Assembly: GCF_009914755.1 (NCBI RefSeq)
Contig: NC_060947.1
Strand: one strand, 5' to 3'
DNA: 64,000 bases
DNA from: the human T2T-CHM13v2.0 reference genome, Homo sapiens
This document shows positions 26,289 to 41,420 of this stretch, piece by piece; within the stretch, counting starts at the first letter, position 1; each line of letters opens with the position of its first letter. A program made the translations under genes and the position numbers. The notes under the pieces are model-generated. The model did not search any database and had not been told where the DNA came from. It saw nothing but the letters and a program-made list of their open reading frames with translations.

Positions 26289-26983
26289 TTATTTCTTCTG
26301 ATACAGGACTCCCTTGCTGTCTTAGGTCCTTCTAGTAGATCAGAAAGAAGCTGATGGGCAGAGTGAAGGTAAAGTAGTAGAGTCCTAATTTAGTCCATTT
26401 GAACTTGAAATGACTGCTGTAAACTTATAAGGTACGCAAACAGAGAATATTAAAGTAAATAGTTCACTATATTTGATTCACCATTAGGTCTTCAGAAACA
26501 CTTTTGGCAAGTGTTAACAAGGTGAACTTGTTAACACAGACTATTGTCAAAGGCAGAGTTCCCTCAGAGACTCACGGGCTTAATTCTCCAAAGTGCCAGA
26601 GTTGTCCTTCCTTCTGTTAAGACTATTCTACGAGTAGCTGGTTCAGGCTCCAGGAACCAGGATTCATCTCCCATATGCTCTTTATTAGTTTTTTCTTTTA
26701 AAAGGTTTTAAAAGAATATGTCCTTGTAAAATTAAAGTTAGAACTATACAGAAGTAAAAGGTAAAATTGCTCTCTTAGATTGGATTCCCCCAAAAGTACA
26801 CCCTGATATTAGGATTTGGGGACAAGCAGTTTATTTGGAAGGCCAAAGAGCACAGTGAGGGAGTGGGGGAAATTATACAGGAGAGGGAAGAAGGAAAGTC
26901 AGTAAACGATGTGCCGATGAGTAAATTCTCAGGGCTCAGTTGGGGCTCAATTCCCCTATGAACTTCTAGTAAATAGTACAAAA

Positions 26984-27180
26984 CAGAGGTTGAAAACTAC
27001 AGCCATGAGCCAAATCAGACTCACTGCTTATTTTTGTAAGTAAAGTGTTAATGGAATAGAACTATGCCCTGTTTTTGTTCACATGTTTTCTATGAGTTGA
27101 CTAATTATGACACACAGTGTTATCTCAAAGTTTGCATTATTTACTCTCAGTCCCTACAGAAAAAGTTTGCCAGTCTCTGG
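26984..27180. mobile_element. MER58-like hAT MITE within an MLT1 fragment
   Basis: CAGAGGTTGAAAACTACAGCC...AAAAAGTTTGCCAGTCTCTG terminal inverted repeats. Confidence 0.7.
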
Positions 27181-28177
27181 TATAGAACATGTCTCAGAGT
27201 CGTCCCATCTGAGGGTGGGGAGCTGAAATATTTATCTACCATCATTCATACCTCATTGGCTGAGGGCTACTCTGAGTGTGACAACTCCTCAGACCTTCTG
27301 GCTGACTCTGTAGGCAGACCAAGCACACTCCTGTATCCAGAGAAAGCCCTCTTGGAGAGAGATGCATGTGCTTGCAGTATGAAACTATAGGCATTTACAG
27401 AAATAATGAATGCCAAGGAGGTATGATCAGGACAACAATAGTATCTGCTACAATCCCTATCCCACATATACATCAATTCCAATCCCCATAGGTAACCACT
27501 TTAAGATGTAGTTTGGTGTGTATCTTTCCAAACGTTTCTCTATGTATGCAGAATGTATTACACATATTTGAATGCACTGGTTTATTTGGCAGTTAATGCC
27601 AGGGCAGGTATGAAAAAACAGAGAGAGTGAAGGAAGGAAGGAGAAAAATCTAATAAAGGTTTATGTTATTGTGTCGGTAACTGCAGTGGGCAAGTGGGGA
27701 CCCTCTGAGTGCCTTAGAATTGTCCCTTGGTGCTGACTGAACCTGAGGATGTTAACATCTCCCTGCTCTATGGCTTCCCTCCATAAGGACTGAATAAGCC
27801 TCTACAACTTTGGAGAAAGCTCTGAAGCCAAGCAACAACAACAACAAAAACAAAAAACTAGCAGGCAATATAGTAGGCATTGAGACAAGATGTTGAAAAT
27901 ACACACAGAAACTGTCCAACATAGCTGCACTTGAAATCAAGGATAAACCATAGGATTCTGGCTAGGGGAACCAAAAGTTTCTACTACAACCCTAAATCAT
28001 GTTCACATGGTTAATTGCTTATATGATCCAATAAATCTAACCAGATGAGAAAATAGTCAACTGTTGGATCAGTGAGTTATAAGATACTCGGAAACAGCAA
28101 CTTGTCCATTCACCTGCCTTTGGATAGGCATACTCGTCAATTATCTTAGCCAACCATTACAATAGACATAACATCAC

Positions 28178-28290
28178 TACCTTTTTTGTTCAGTTATTTT
28201 TTATCCAGCAAGTTGTAAATACCATCATGCTTTCCTTACCTTTTTTGTTCGGTTATTTTTTAACCAGCAAGTTGTAAATACCATCATGCT
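28178..28290 (+). repeat. 54-bp tandem duplication (period 59)
   Basis: TACCTTTTTTGTTC..GTTGTAAATACCATCATGCT at 28178-28231 and 28237-28290, 2 mismatches. Confidence 0.9.
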
Positions 28291-28462
28291 ATACGAGGTC
28301 AAAACCTTGTATACATTTGTGGTCCTAATGTAAAAGGAAATGATAACTGTATTATTTATTCCTCTGCCTCGTTTATACGTGATCATTTTTCCCAACTACA
28401 GATAAAATGAGTTGTATTTAATTTGGATGATTCTTGGTTCTCTGACAAATTTCAGGGGGATT

Positions 28463-28739
28463 CTTTTTGAGATGGAGTCTTGCTCTGTCACCCAGGCTGG
28501 AGTGCAGTGGCATGATCTTGGCTCACTACAACCTCCACCTCCTGGGTTCAAGTGAGTCTCCTGCCTCAGTATCCTGAGTAACTGGGATTACAGGCACCTA
28601 CCACCAGGCCCAGCTAATTTTTATATTTTCAGTTTCACCATGTTGGCCAGGCTGGTCCCGAACTCCTGACCTCAAGTGATCCACCCGCCTCAGCCTCCCA
28701 AAATGCTGGGATTATAGGCATAAGCAAACACACCTGGCC
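28463..28739 (-). mobile_element. AluSx-like
   Basis: Reverse Alu with TSD-like TCAGGGG(G/A)ATT flanks. Confidence 0.9.
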
Positions 28740-28778
28740 TCAGGGGAATTTTGCACCCAGGCCTATTGCCTCCTCTGG

Positions 28779-29086
28779 TTTTTGTTTTTTTTTTTTTTTT
28801 TTTTTTTTTTTTGATAAGGTCTTCCTTTGTAGCCTAGGTTGGAGTGCAGTGGTGTAATCATGGCTCGCTGCAGCTTCAACTTCCTGGACTCAAGTGATCC
28901 TCCTGTCTCAGCCTTGAAGTAACTAGGACTATAGGTGAATCCCACAATGCCCACCTAACTTATTTTTTCTAGAGATGGAGTCTTGCTATTTTGCCCAGGC
29001 TAGTCTTGAACTCCTGGCCTCAAGCAATCCTCCCATTTTGGCCTCCCAAAGTGCTAGGGTTACAGGCGTGAACCGCCATACCCAGC
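28779..29086 (-). mobile_element. AluJ
   Basis: Poly(T), CATGGCTCGCTGCAGCTTCAACTTCCTGG and CTCAAGCAATCCTCCC. Confidence 0.9.
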
Positions 29087-31812
29087 TTCCTATCTGGTCT
29101 TATACCTTTAGAGAGCATGCCTTGGGTGCCATACTCTTTGCCTAATACTGTGACTTGGGCTTAGCAGATGTTCAACATCCGTTGCTGAAACTAAGGGTTA
29201 ATTCCTTCATCAGTATTTTATTGTATCCAACTGTGACTCTACCAAATACATCACCCTGTGCATTGTCGGTTTTCTATCCCTGCTTATTCCAGGCAGCCAA
29301 GGGATGCCTTGGGCCAAAAATAAAATTCTTCCATGCAAAGTGGTTAGTGTTTCAGAGACAACACTGCAAAGATGCTGTAAACTTAATTCACATCACTTGA
29401 TTTGTGATGTGTGACACTCAGAAGGCAGAACATGTTTAAATTTATTTTACCCATTGATCTGTCAGCACAGATTAGAATGAGGGAAGTGTACAAAGGATGA
29501 TGCAGTTGGGCTTCTGTCCATTTACATCTTGAACCTCACACAATGGTCCCAGACAGAAGCAAAATAGCCAGGAACTCGATAGAGGCTGGATCTAGGAGTG
29601 TCTTGAGTTAGCCTGAGTTCAGACAAAGGACCATTTAGACCAGCAGCATGGAGAGCTGATGATGGGGAATCGTGGCCCAGAGAAATAAAAGAGAACATCA
29701 GATTATCAGGCAGTTCCTCTTGTATGCTAAGAGGAGCCCATTCCTACAGTGGAAACCTGTGAGTACCAGCTGTTACTATAGCCCTTTGGAGATAAATGAC
29801 TATGTAGTTATTTTGGAGGGGGAACGATTATAGAAAGGGTGGTAAATGTCAAAGGAGTTGCTATAATTAGGCCAAGATTAAATACAATTTTTTCAATAAA
29901 AGATTAAAACAGATAATTAAAACAGATAAATACCTCGAAGGTGGAAATGACTTTTTTCATTAAAGAAGTCATAGCATTGAACTCTCAAGCTGTGACAAAA
30001 ATAAAAATGAAAATGGTACAATATAAAAATGACCAAGTGGGGAAAGTCATGACTGGGTTTCACTTCAGCTCCATGGGAGATTTGGAAATGTCTTGGGGCC
30101 CAACTGCCTTTAGCTCTATAGACTCGTAGAAGCAGACACGATTTTGTTGTTTGTTTGCCAGACATAAGTCCTAGCGATGCATTTCTTGTTGTGGCAAATA
30201 AGAGAAGGAATTGTACTACTTTAGATCATCTCAATTGCATGCCAAATAAGAGAGCTACCTGTAGATGGATTGATCACTAAGTTACAGGTGAGTGTGGTGT
30301 TCGGTGAATTTTTTTAACAAAAAAGAAGACACTTATGAATGGAATATTGTGTATTTATGGAAACACAAAGTTGTGAATTGTGTAGTGTAGGTAGCCTTTG
30401 GGAATGAACTTTTATTCACCACCTCCCCTGCTGAAGCTTGGGGTTGTTTCTAGCATAGAACAGATTTAAACTACAATTAAGAGCTATTTGTAACATTCAT
30501 TTGCACTGAATTCCTTGTGGCATTGGCATGTCTTCTTTCTAATGCCATCAAGGTTGTCATGAGAACAAAGAATCAGCAGCTTAGAGCATCCAATTCTCCT
30601 TTCACATACTCGCCCATCAGAGAAGAAACAAAACATATAAAAACTTGAGACAAAAGAACTCAGTTTTGGGTATAGAGGCAAATTTTGACACCTCAGGAAG
30701 AATGAGGGACTATGCATAAAAGAAGGGCCAGAGAGAGAGGAATGAGGATACTCGCAAGAAAGAAATCAATACTCAGCAAATGAAAGTATTAAGAGATCAT
30801 ATTGTTACACCTAACTTCTTTACTACAAACCAAAAGAATATGTGTTACCTCTCAACCTGATAATTAAAAACAAGAAAATAAGTGAAGTACAACCACAGCA
30901 GAAACAAAGAAACAATTAAGAGGCAAATTGTCTTGTGGTCTCAATTACTGGCAAGGTGACCTAAGAGAGGTTCAGAGCAGAAAAAATACATAATGACTCT
31001 TTTTAAAATAAGCCAAGCATATTATTTTAAATGAACCATTGGAAATAAGAAAAAAATTGATAGCATAAGCAAAAATTGAATTGCATGGTGGAGTTTAAGA
31101 ACAAATTACCATTTGTTTATATTTCAGTCCCTTTTACAGGAAGGTCAGAGAACTCCATACTGTATTAAAATGCAATTTTTATGCCTAGGAGTCTAATATT
31201 GCTGCTTATATAATAATCCTCTTTAAGTGGAAAAGACAGATCAGCCTAGCTATGGGCTTCAGCACAGTCAATGTTTGTCTCACAAAAACGTCCAGACTTC
31301 CTGAAGATTTTCCAACCATTCTGTGTTTTGCCTGTGAAAAAATACTGGTTATGGAAAATCTATTCCTTGGAGAAATGAGACTAACCAAAAGCTGTTTGCT
31401 TTGCTATCAATTCTGGGGATCATGTTATAGATTTACAGCTTTGCCTTTTTGGGGTATATGGAAGAGAGGGGAAAGACAGAGAAGGGAGGTAAATGCTATT
31501 TTCTTCTCATTTAAGAATGTAGTTAGTGGGTAGATTGACATTTTAATCATTGGTTTCAACTGGTTGCTTTTTTGATTAAACAATGGTCTTTAAATGCCAC
31601 CTGAGTTTTAAATGGGAGAGGATGTGGGTTTTAGTTTGTTTTCAACCCTGCTTATTTATTTCTAGATAATAGAAAAGTGAACTGTGGCTAGCTGTAAAAA
31701 TGTATAGAAAATCAAATCAACATAACACATTATCACAGTGGAGAAAGGTGTAGTATATGTAAGGGTAAGGAACTTATAACTGAAATATTTTAAATTCAAG
31801 GATATGTGAAAG

Positions 31813-32811
31813 TGATGCAGGATTTTTCTCAGCCCCTTAGCCAGACTCACAGTAGGGGTGCCCTGTCTACTTGGCTTGCTGCGTTCAACCCCTTGCAGGA
31901 GGGAGCACATGAGCCAGTGAGTGCAGGATCCTGCTAGCCCCTCAGGGTGCCAACACAGGAACAAGCCCCACGCAGGGCCTACGCCACAGACCAGGTGTGA
32001 GCAAGAGAGTGCGGGACCTGGCCAGCCACTCTGAACGTGGACACAGGAGCAAACTCTGTGCAGGGCCCACGGCCAGACCAGGCATGTCACCCCAAGGGGA
32101 ATGCAGCAGCACCCAAGTGATGGTGCCTGTGACCCCAAAGACCCAGAGTGGGTGTTACAGTGCTCCTTTAAATCTGCTGTTCATGGATGGTGTTGTGTTG
32201 GCAGCTCAGTTGGCCCCTTGTCTTGTCATATGGGGCGGCTGCCCTCTACCGGTGAGGGCAAAGGGTCAGTGTGACAGCCTTTTCTGGGTATCTGCACTCG
32301 GTGGGTCCCCCAAGAAGAATGAAGTCACATGGACAGTTGAAGGATGGTAAAGGTGGGGAATTTTATTGAGCAATGAAAATGGCTCTCAGCAGAGAGGGGA
32401 GCTGAAGAGAGAAGGGCAGGTTGTCTTCCACAAAGTCAAGTTGTCTCTTCCCCAAAATCAGGTCATCTCCCCCTCTACCGACTGAGTCTGGGGTCTTCAT
32501 AGGCACAGGATGGGAGTGTGTGCTGATTGGTTTGTGAGTATGCAGAAAAGGTTAAATTGAAAACACTCAGTGGTAGGCACGACAGTGTAGAAAACCAATT
32601 CGAAAAGAGTAGGTATATGTAAAATAGGCAAAGGGTGGGGATTAATCAGAGGAAAACGCACCAAACAGAAGGACAAGTTTTCAACCCCAATCAGGGGATT
32701 TAAGTTGTAGCTTGGCTTTCAGGCTTTAAATTGTCTTTGGCTTGGAGGTGGGGCTTCACTGGGTATCTGCCCCTATCTGCCTAGGCATTTAGCTGCCTCC
32801 TGTCACTATCA
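31813..32811 (-). mobile_element. MER52-like ERV1 solo LTR
   Basis: ~1-kb GC-rich element bounded by TGATGCAGGATTTTTCTC and CTGCCTCCTGTCACTATCA. Confidence 0.75.
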
Positions 32812-32914
32812 AAAGTGTCTATCAAAAATGACTCCATAGAAAACATAACTAGGCAAGGATTCAGAAAACTTGTTTTGGGGAGTCTCTGCCTTTATGATTT
32901 TTCTATTTTCAAAA

Positions 32915-33362
32915 ATTATTATATGTAATAAACCATTTTAAAACTCAGTGAATTAAAACCACAATAATTTATTCTCTCTTACATATCTGTGGGTTGTTTG
33001 GGGGGTTCTGCTTCAATCAGTGGCTTCAGCCTGGCTTGATCCCTTTTTGCCAGGGCATAACTCTGATACTGTAGAGTCCAGGCTGAAGGGATAGCAGCTA
33101 GCCAGGACAATGACAGAGAAACTGGAAGATGAGCTCAATTGTAGAAGCACATTTCACATCTCTGCTTGCATCACGTCTACTATTATATCGTTGGCTAAAG
33201 CAAGGTACGTGGTCAAGCTGAAACACAAGGGACATAGAGAATAACTTGTCCCACTTAAAGGCCAAAGCATGGACAAGCCCAAAGTCAATGTATCAGGGAA
33301 ATGTATTTTTCCTGTGGATGAGAAGAAGGGAGTAAATATTATTGAACAATAATATAATCTGC
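32915..33362. mobile_element. Old MLT1 LTR
   Basis: AAAACTCAGTGAATTAAAACCAC..TTGGCTAAAGCAAG..GCCCAAAGTCAA..AACAATAATATAATCT. Confidence 0.6.
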
Positions 33363-33722
33363 TAAAGTTCTAACTGGCTGCATGACTTTGGACATATGTA
33401 ACCTTTCTTGGCTAAAATTTTTTCAATAGAAAAAGTAAAGATAGAAATACAACATGATATCACGAATAACACGAGTTCTAGAATTCTATAGACCTTGTTA
33501 AAATCTCAAGTTTGTCAAGGATTAGCTATAGCTCTTGAGTAAATCACTAAATCTGGTTTTCAGAGTATTCCTGACCACTAGGGAAAATAATAGCATCTGT
33601 TGTAGGAAAAAAAAAATTCAAAACAAAATTCAGTGGCAATACAATAGAAGTGTTTTTTCTCATGTTTGATATGATCTGATGCAGTTTGAACATTGATCCT
33701 GGGTAGCTTTCTCCTCTAAATG

Positions 33723-33935
33723 AGGGGTTAGCAAACTCACAGGCCAAATCTGGCCAGCCCCTGTTTTTTTATAAATAAAACTTTATTAGAACACAGCCAC
33801 ACCCATTCATTTATGTATTGTCTATGGCGACAATGGTAGAGGTGAGTTGTTACAATAGAGACACCATGGCCAACAAACCAAAAATATTTACTATCTGGCC
33901 TCTGTCCCTTTATAGAAAAAGTTTGTTGACCCTTG
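33723..33935. mobile_element. MER58A hAT MITE
   Basis: AGGGGTTAGCAAACT..GGCCAAATCTGGCC..TTTATAGAAAAAGTTTGTTGACCCTTG. Confidence 0.85.
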
Positions 33936-34521
33936 TTCAAAGCAGTAAATCAGGAATCTAGGCTCCTTTAATCATGATGCAGTCTTTCACCTTTAGCTAC
34001 TCAGAGGAGAGAGAGAACATGAAGAAGTCATACTATCTACTACACTGCCTTCACCCGAAAGTGAAACATACCACACAGTTCATTAGATAGAATGAGTCAC
34101 ATGGTCAAGAAGGTTGCAAAACAAGCTGGGAAATTTGCAGGGTATTTTTAAATTTTCTGTTAAATGGAGGAGATAAAATGAAAATGCAAAATTTATTTTA
34201 AAAATATGACATTGATGATAGAAATATTCAGACCCTTAAACACTAAAATTGATAAAGGTGAATGCATAAAAGTAAATTAAACATTCAATTCAAAAAACAA
34301 GAAACAATCCACAAAACAGAAATAAGAAAATACTAAAGTAAAATTTATGAGTTAGGAAAAACAGTACAACTAATATATAAATAACAAGCTAGTTCCTTTA
34401 AGAAATGGAAAACTAAAATCTGAACTAGTGAAAAGAAAACAGGAAAAAGCACAAATGCAACAGAAAGACAAGGTAGATGTAACCACTGAAACAGAGGAAT
34501 CATTTTTTGAATTATAAAAGT

Positions 34522-34952
34522 TAATTATACAATTGGGTCATTCTTGTCATACTCAACTAAATCAGAGTTGAGGGGCCAGGGGGAAAAAGCATTCAAGGCA
34601 TATTACATTGCTCCAAGAATGTAATTCTCTGCAAGCTTGGCTGCTGAAATGGCCTGCTGTAACCCAAAGACCAGTTTTACTGAAACCACCTGTAGTGACT
34701 CTAAGACAAGTTTTATCTACCACCACTCACCAATCAGAGCTTGCCGGATGCCAAAAGCTTCTCAAGTGCCAATGAGCTTTCTTTCAAAACAATATGTAAC
34801 ATTTCTATTTCTAATAAAACTTCCAACCTTCTCTTTGTTCTTCGGACATACCAAAGATCAGTCTGTGTATATGCCCCAAACTGCAATTCTTCCTTACCAA
34901 ATAAAATTTCTTAAATTTAGAGATTTGGCTCTATATTTTATTTAACTTCAAC
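34522..34952 (+). mobile_element. Solo LTR (LTR47-like)
   Basis: GGGTCATTCTTGTCATACTCAACTAAATCAGAG..GGGGGAAAAAGCA..AATAAAA..TTCAACA. Confidence 0.6.
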
Positions 34953-35947
34953 AAAATCATAATGGATTGAGTTGCAAAACTCTATGAAAAGGAAATTTGT
35001 AAATTGAATTAGATAATTTTCTAGAAAATTTTCTAGAAAAATATAATTTACCGTCTCACCCTAAGAGAGAGAAAAAGTTTAAATAAGCCAACTTCCACAG
35101 AAGAAATACAGCAAGTTATTAAAGGGTTACTCCCCAGTAAAGCAAAAGGTCCAGATATTTTCAATCGGGATTTCAACCAATCTTTCAAAGACTATAAAAT
35201 TCCAATGGTTCTTAAAAGGTTTCAGAGAATAGAAAAAGTTTTCAAGTATTTTTTATTTAATCCATAAAATATTGATACCTAAACCTGATAATGATTTAAG
35301 AATAACAAAATAACTGTACATCAATCCAAGTTATGAATTTTGATAGAGAAATTCTAAATGAAATATAAGCAAATTCAGTCTAACAACATATTTAAAAAAT
35401 TGGATGCCATGACTAAATTGGTTTATTTCAGGAATAACAAAATAGGTATTCAGTATATCAATAAATCTAAGAATATTTATATGATCATCTCAGAAGATAC
35501 TAAAATTGTAGTTTAAAAGTTCAACACATATTCCTAAAAACATTGAATTACATAGGCTTGATGGATGCTTCCTCAGTGTAATACATCAGCTTCAAAGACA
35601 GTATCTTCCTTAATGGGGAAACACTGGACCATTCCTGCTGAAATAAAAAATAAGGCCCACACTCTTCTTTACTATTCAGCATGGCATTAGAACTATTTTC
35701 CAGTGCAGTGAGACACAAGAAAATAATGAGACACATAAAATGGAAAGGAAGAAATAAAGCAATCTCTGTTTGAAGATGATATTATAGTATCGATTTAAAA
35801 CACCAAGAGAATTATTTTTAAAAGTCGAATGATAAAAATTCAGTTAGGTAGCAAAGATATGAAATAAACATATAAAAATCAAATTCAGACACACATATAC
35901 AAATAATAGAAGATATAATGAATGAGAAAGCTACATTAACAATAGCA

Positions 35948-36273
35948 GGCCAGGTGCAGTGGCTCACATCTGTAATCTCAGCACTTTCGCAGGCTGAGGT
36001 GGGAGGATTGTTTGAGCCCAGGAGTTTGAGACCAGTCTAGGCAACAGAGCAAGACCCCATGCCTACAAAAAAATTTTAAAATTTTAAATATTTTTAATGG
36101 CCGAGCATGGTGGTGCATGCCTGTGGTCCCAGCTACTCGTGATGCTGATGTAGGGGGATTTCTTGAGCCCAGGAGGCCAAGGCTGCAGCGGATCATGTTT
36201 ATGCCACTGCACTCCAGCCTGGGCAACAGAGCAAAACCCCGTATACATATTTTTAAAAAAGCAAAAAGAAAAT
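35948..36273 (+). mobile_element. AluJ
   Basis: GGGAGGATTGTTTGAGCCCAGGAGTTTGAG diagnostic. Confidence 0.9.
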
Positions 36274-36479
36274 AAAATGTCATGGAAAAACCTTAAGCAA
36301 TTTACAAAACACTTGTAAAAGACAGAAAAGTAGATTTGAACAAATGGAAAAGTATGTTATGTTCTTGCATAGAATGATTTAACATTATACAAATGTCAAG
36401 TCTCACCCAAGTTAATATACATTAGTTTGACCCATATAAAATTACTAATAATTGACCTTTTTTTGTTTGTTTGTTTCAA

Positions 36480-37345
36480 AAACAAAATTTTATTCTCTCA
36501 CAATGTGGGAGGCCAAAAGTCTGAAATCAAGGTGTGGGCAGGTTTGGCCTTTCTGGAGGGTCTGAAGGAGAAACAGTCCTATGCCTCTCTCCTAGCTTCC
36601 GGTGGCTGCGGGTAGTCCTTGGTGCTCTCCAACTGGTATCATCAGTCTTGACTTCCATCTTCACAACACCTTCTCCTCTGTGTGTATCTTCTCTTCCTAT
36701 GAGGACACTTGTCATTGGATTTAGGGCCCACCCAGATATTCCAGGATGATCTCATCTCAAGATCCTTAATTACACTGCAAAGTTCCTTACTAAAAATAAA
36801 GTCATATTTGTTACCAGTGGAGGGTATACAGGTTCTTGGCATCTTGAACAAAGAAAGAATTGGACAAAACGCACAAAGCAAGGAAAGAATGACGCAACAA
36901 AAGCAGAGATATATTGAAAATGAAAATACGGTCCACAGGGTGGGAGCAGGCCCAAGCATAGGGGCTCAAACCCCCCACTTACAAAATTTTCTGGGTTTTA
37001 AATACCCTCTAGAGGTTTCCACTGGTTACTTGGTGTACGCCCTATGTAAATGAAGAGGATGAAGTAAAGTTACAAAGTAATTTACTCAGTGTACGCCCTA
37101 CGTAAATAGAGAGGATATTTCTTGTCATAGCTGAAGTGTTTCCATTTGATTTAGTTCTAGGAAGTCAGCATGAATCCGCCTTATGTTCCCAGCCTCCAGA
37201 CCCTATTCTCCTGCCTCACATTCACACATTCAAGGTGAACACATTCTCAGGTTCCAAATGGACACCTATTTTGTTGCGGGTAGGGGGGCGGGGGATGGAG
37301 GGAGTGCAGGGGGTCAGGAGAGGGGCAGCCATTCAACCCACCATA
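36480..37345 (-). mobile_element. MLT1B/C LTR split by an LTR19 insertion
   Basis: GGAGGCCAAAAGTCTGAAATCAAGGTG..CTCATCTCAAGATCCTTAA..CATTCAACCCACCA. Confidence 0.75.
36809..37218 (-). mobile_element. LTR19-like solo LTR
   Basis: TGTTACCAGTGGAGGGT..GGTTCTTGGCATCTTGAACAAAGAA..CCCTATTCTCCTGCCTCA. Confidence 0.75.
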
Positions 37346-38469
37346 CATAGTTTCCTACCATGAAGTGAAAGAGACCAGATACAGAGAGGTAATGATAATC
37401 AGCAGTACCTTGGGCAATATTTTTGAAGAGTAAGGTGATCATTATCTGGGTTACAGCATTTTTATCATCTCCTTTACACATCTAAATCAATAGAAAATGC
37501 AGATATTGAAATTTGTGAAACCCTGAGGGGTAAAAATGATTGCCTGTGTACTATATCAAAAGATCAAAAAGTACATCTTTGGAGGAATTCATGGTCACCT
37601 GCTAAAAATCCCAAAGATAAACAAGTCAGGAAATCCTCCCAGTTTGTTCTGAAAAGGCATTCCCAGCTCGACAAGGATTTCTCAGTTCTTTCTGCTGCTG
37701 GCACTTCTATTGATTGGGAAGGAAGATCCCAGGAGGGAAAGCATCAAGGTGATCTGAATAATATTCTTGAAAATGCCGGTGCTTTTGTAAATGCTAAAGA
37801 TAAAACATGCCGACTATAGAGAGGAACAAGAGGTATCTTTTGTCAAATGAAAGAAATCGTTTATGTTGTGTGCTCCACGTTTACATTTTTTTTACATCCT
37901 CTTTCATGGAGTGTTTTGTAAATTAGTTAAGGTAGTTATAACTGTGGTTCCTCAATTTCAAGACCCATTTTCCCTTTTCCAGGTCAACTTCACACAAACT
38001 AACTTTAAGGAATTCCTCTCTATGGGAATTTTGTAATACTCAGAAAAATGTGACTTTTATGAAAGTGTTAGATGAGAAATTTAATGACTTAAAATCAGCT
38101 GTGTTATTTGAGAACATAAAGAGAATTTCAAGTCCAAACAAAAAAAAACAGGCCAATTATTGGTTCGTATAAATCATTGAGCACACAGATAATGAATAAA
38201 CACCTACATGTGTTTACATAATTTTGTATGAACAAATCTCAGAATCTATCCATTCTTTTCAGCAAGTTTTACTGAGTGCCTGTTGGGCCAGGGACGATGC
38301 TACTCTTTTACTATTTAGGAGGTGCAGTGGGAGAGTGAAACACGTGCCCAGTGTTATCAGTCCTAGGCTGCCCAACTTCTTCTAGACCTTCTATAGTGAT
38401 GGGTATTCACTACCCTTCTAGAGCAGCCCATGCCACTGTTGAATCTTCCTAGTGTCCATAGGAAACAAG

Positions 38470-38635
38470 TAGAAAGTTGGCGAAAATGCAGATTCCTGGA
38501 GCCACTCCAGAAATTCTGATTTAGCTAGTGTGCTGTGGGACCCAGGAACCTGTCATATTAACATGCACCTTGGGTGACTCTGATGCAATTGTTTCCCAGG
38601 TGGTCCACACACCACTATTTTGAAAACTACTTGTC
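38470..38635. mobile_element. MER5A fragment
   Basis: AAAATGCAGATTCCTGG..CCCAGGAACCTG..GGTGACTCTGATGCA. Confidence 0.7.
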
Positions 38636-39099
38636 CAGTGGAGAGAGAAAGTGTCAATCATGCTGTCAGACCTGATGGGCGAGCTTGAGGCATGCACAGG
38701 ACTGAGCCTCCTGGTGGTGAGTCAGAGGGCAGGAATGGGTGCCTCAGACAGTCTCCCTGGAATTAGCATCCACCATCACCAAGAAAACGTCACAGTTTTG
38801 CAGCCACACAGAAAAAGTCATAGTTCACTCTCTCATTAACTGCTTATTGAGTACCAGTTACATGCCATACACTGTTCTTGGTGCAGAGGCTAAGCAAAGA
38901 ATCAAACAGTCAAAAACCTCATCCTTCTTGGAGCTTACATGCAAGTGGGGGAATAACCCTCATTTGTGCTCCATTAGTTTCACTCATGCATGCATGCATT
39001 CATCTGTTTCACAAGCACGGATTAGACCAGGCATGGTGGGGGAAATTGACCATTTTTAATGTACCAAAATAACTAACTCATGGTTCAATCTATACTTTT

Positions 39100-40560
<1,461 letters not shown>

Positions 40561-41077
40561 CACAGGTCAATGAAAATCGCTGTAGTCAGGCATGTGGAGA
40601 ACTGAGCATTTTAGAGCTACTTTTGGGGAGGAATCCAGGGTCTAAGGGCATAAGATCATGGTTATGTGCCCTTAAAAGAAGGGCTAGAAAGGATAGGAAG
40701 GTTGTCAGGGCTCCAGTCAAGGCGCTAATATTCTAATGACTTAATTCTGAGAAGGAAATAAAAGTAAAGTCAGGAATGGGATGGCAGGAGCTTACCTACA
40801 GACTGGGTTAGTGGGGAAAGCTGCAGCTCAGTGAGCATGAGTCATGTCCAGCAACAACTCACTCAGGCATACCAGCTATCCCAAAGTGGAACAACTGTAG
40901 AGCCCACCGCTTGTGAGCCTGGGGTTCATTCGGAATAATGGTGGGTCATGGTTCTCATCAGCAAGGTATTCTTGAAAGACTCTGGTCATGCTCTTCTTTA
41001 TAGTTCTGAAATTCTCCAAATGCTCACCACATACTTACTAATATTTTTTTCTTTCTTTTGGGAAAGAAAATGATGTA

Positions 41078-41420
41078 GCACCTTACTACTCAAAGTGTGG
41101 TCCATAGACCAAAAAACTTGTTTAAAAAGCTTCTTAAAAATACAAATCTGGAAGAGAGGACTTGAAACGTACCCAACACATAGAAATGATAAATACACAG
41201 GTGACAGATATACCCTAAAGACTCTGACTTGATCACTGTACATTCTATACACGTAACGAAATTTCACATGTGCCCCATAAATATGTACATATATAATGTA
41301 TCAAAAAATAAAAATAAATACAAATTGCAGGCTCCTCCCCAGATTCTTACTGAATCTCACTCTTCAGTTTAACAATATCCCCAGGTGGCTCTTACACACA
41401 TAAAATGGCTTGAGAATCCC
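41078..41420. mobile_element. MER5A interrupted by a short L1MA 3' end (~41148-41320)
   Basis: TACTCAAAGTGTGGTCC..TTGAGAA MER5 ends. L1 tail flanked by AAATACAAAT repeats. Confidence 0.7.

Larger units (their letters stand above)
34180..36420 (+). mobile_element. Old L1M ORF2 fragments interrupted by an LTR and an Alu
   Basis: Degenerate ORF2 motifs ATTGATACCTAAACCTGATAA, CTATTCAGCATGGCATTAGAA and TCTCTGTTTGAAGATGAT. Confidence 0.7.

Noticed and set aside
37720-37820. Short frame reading ILENAGAFVNAKDK, reminiscent of an ankyrin repeat
   Set aside because: There is no following TPLH motif, a stop comes four codons after DK, and there is no exon structure or neighbouring repeat. Likely chance.
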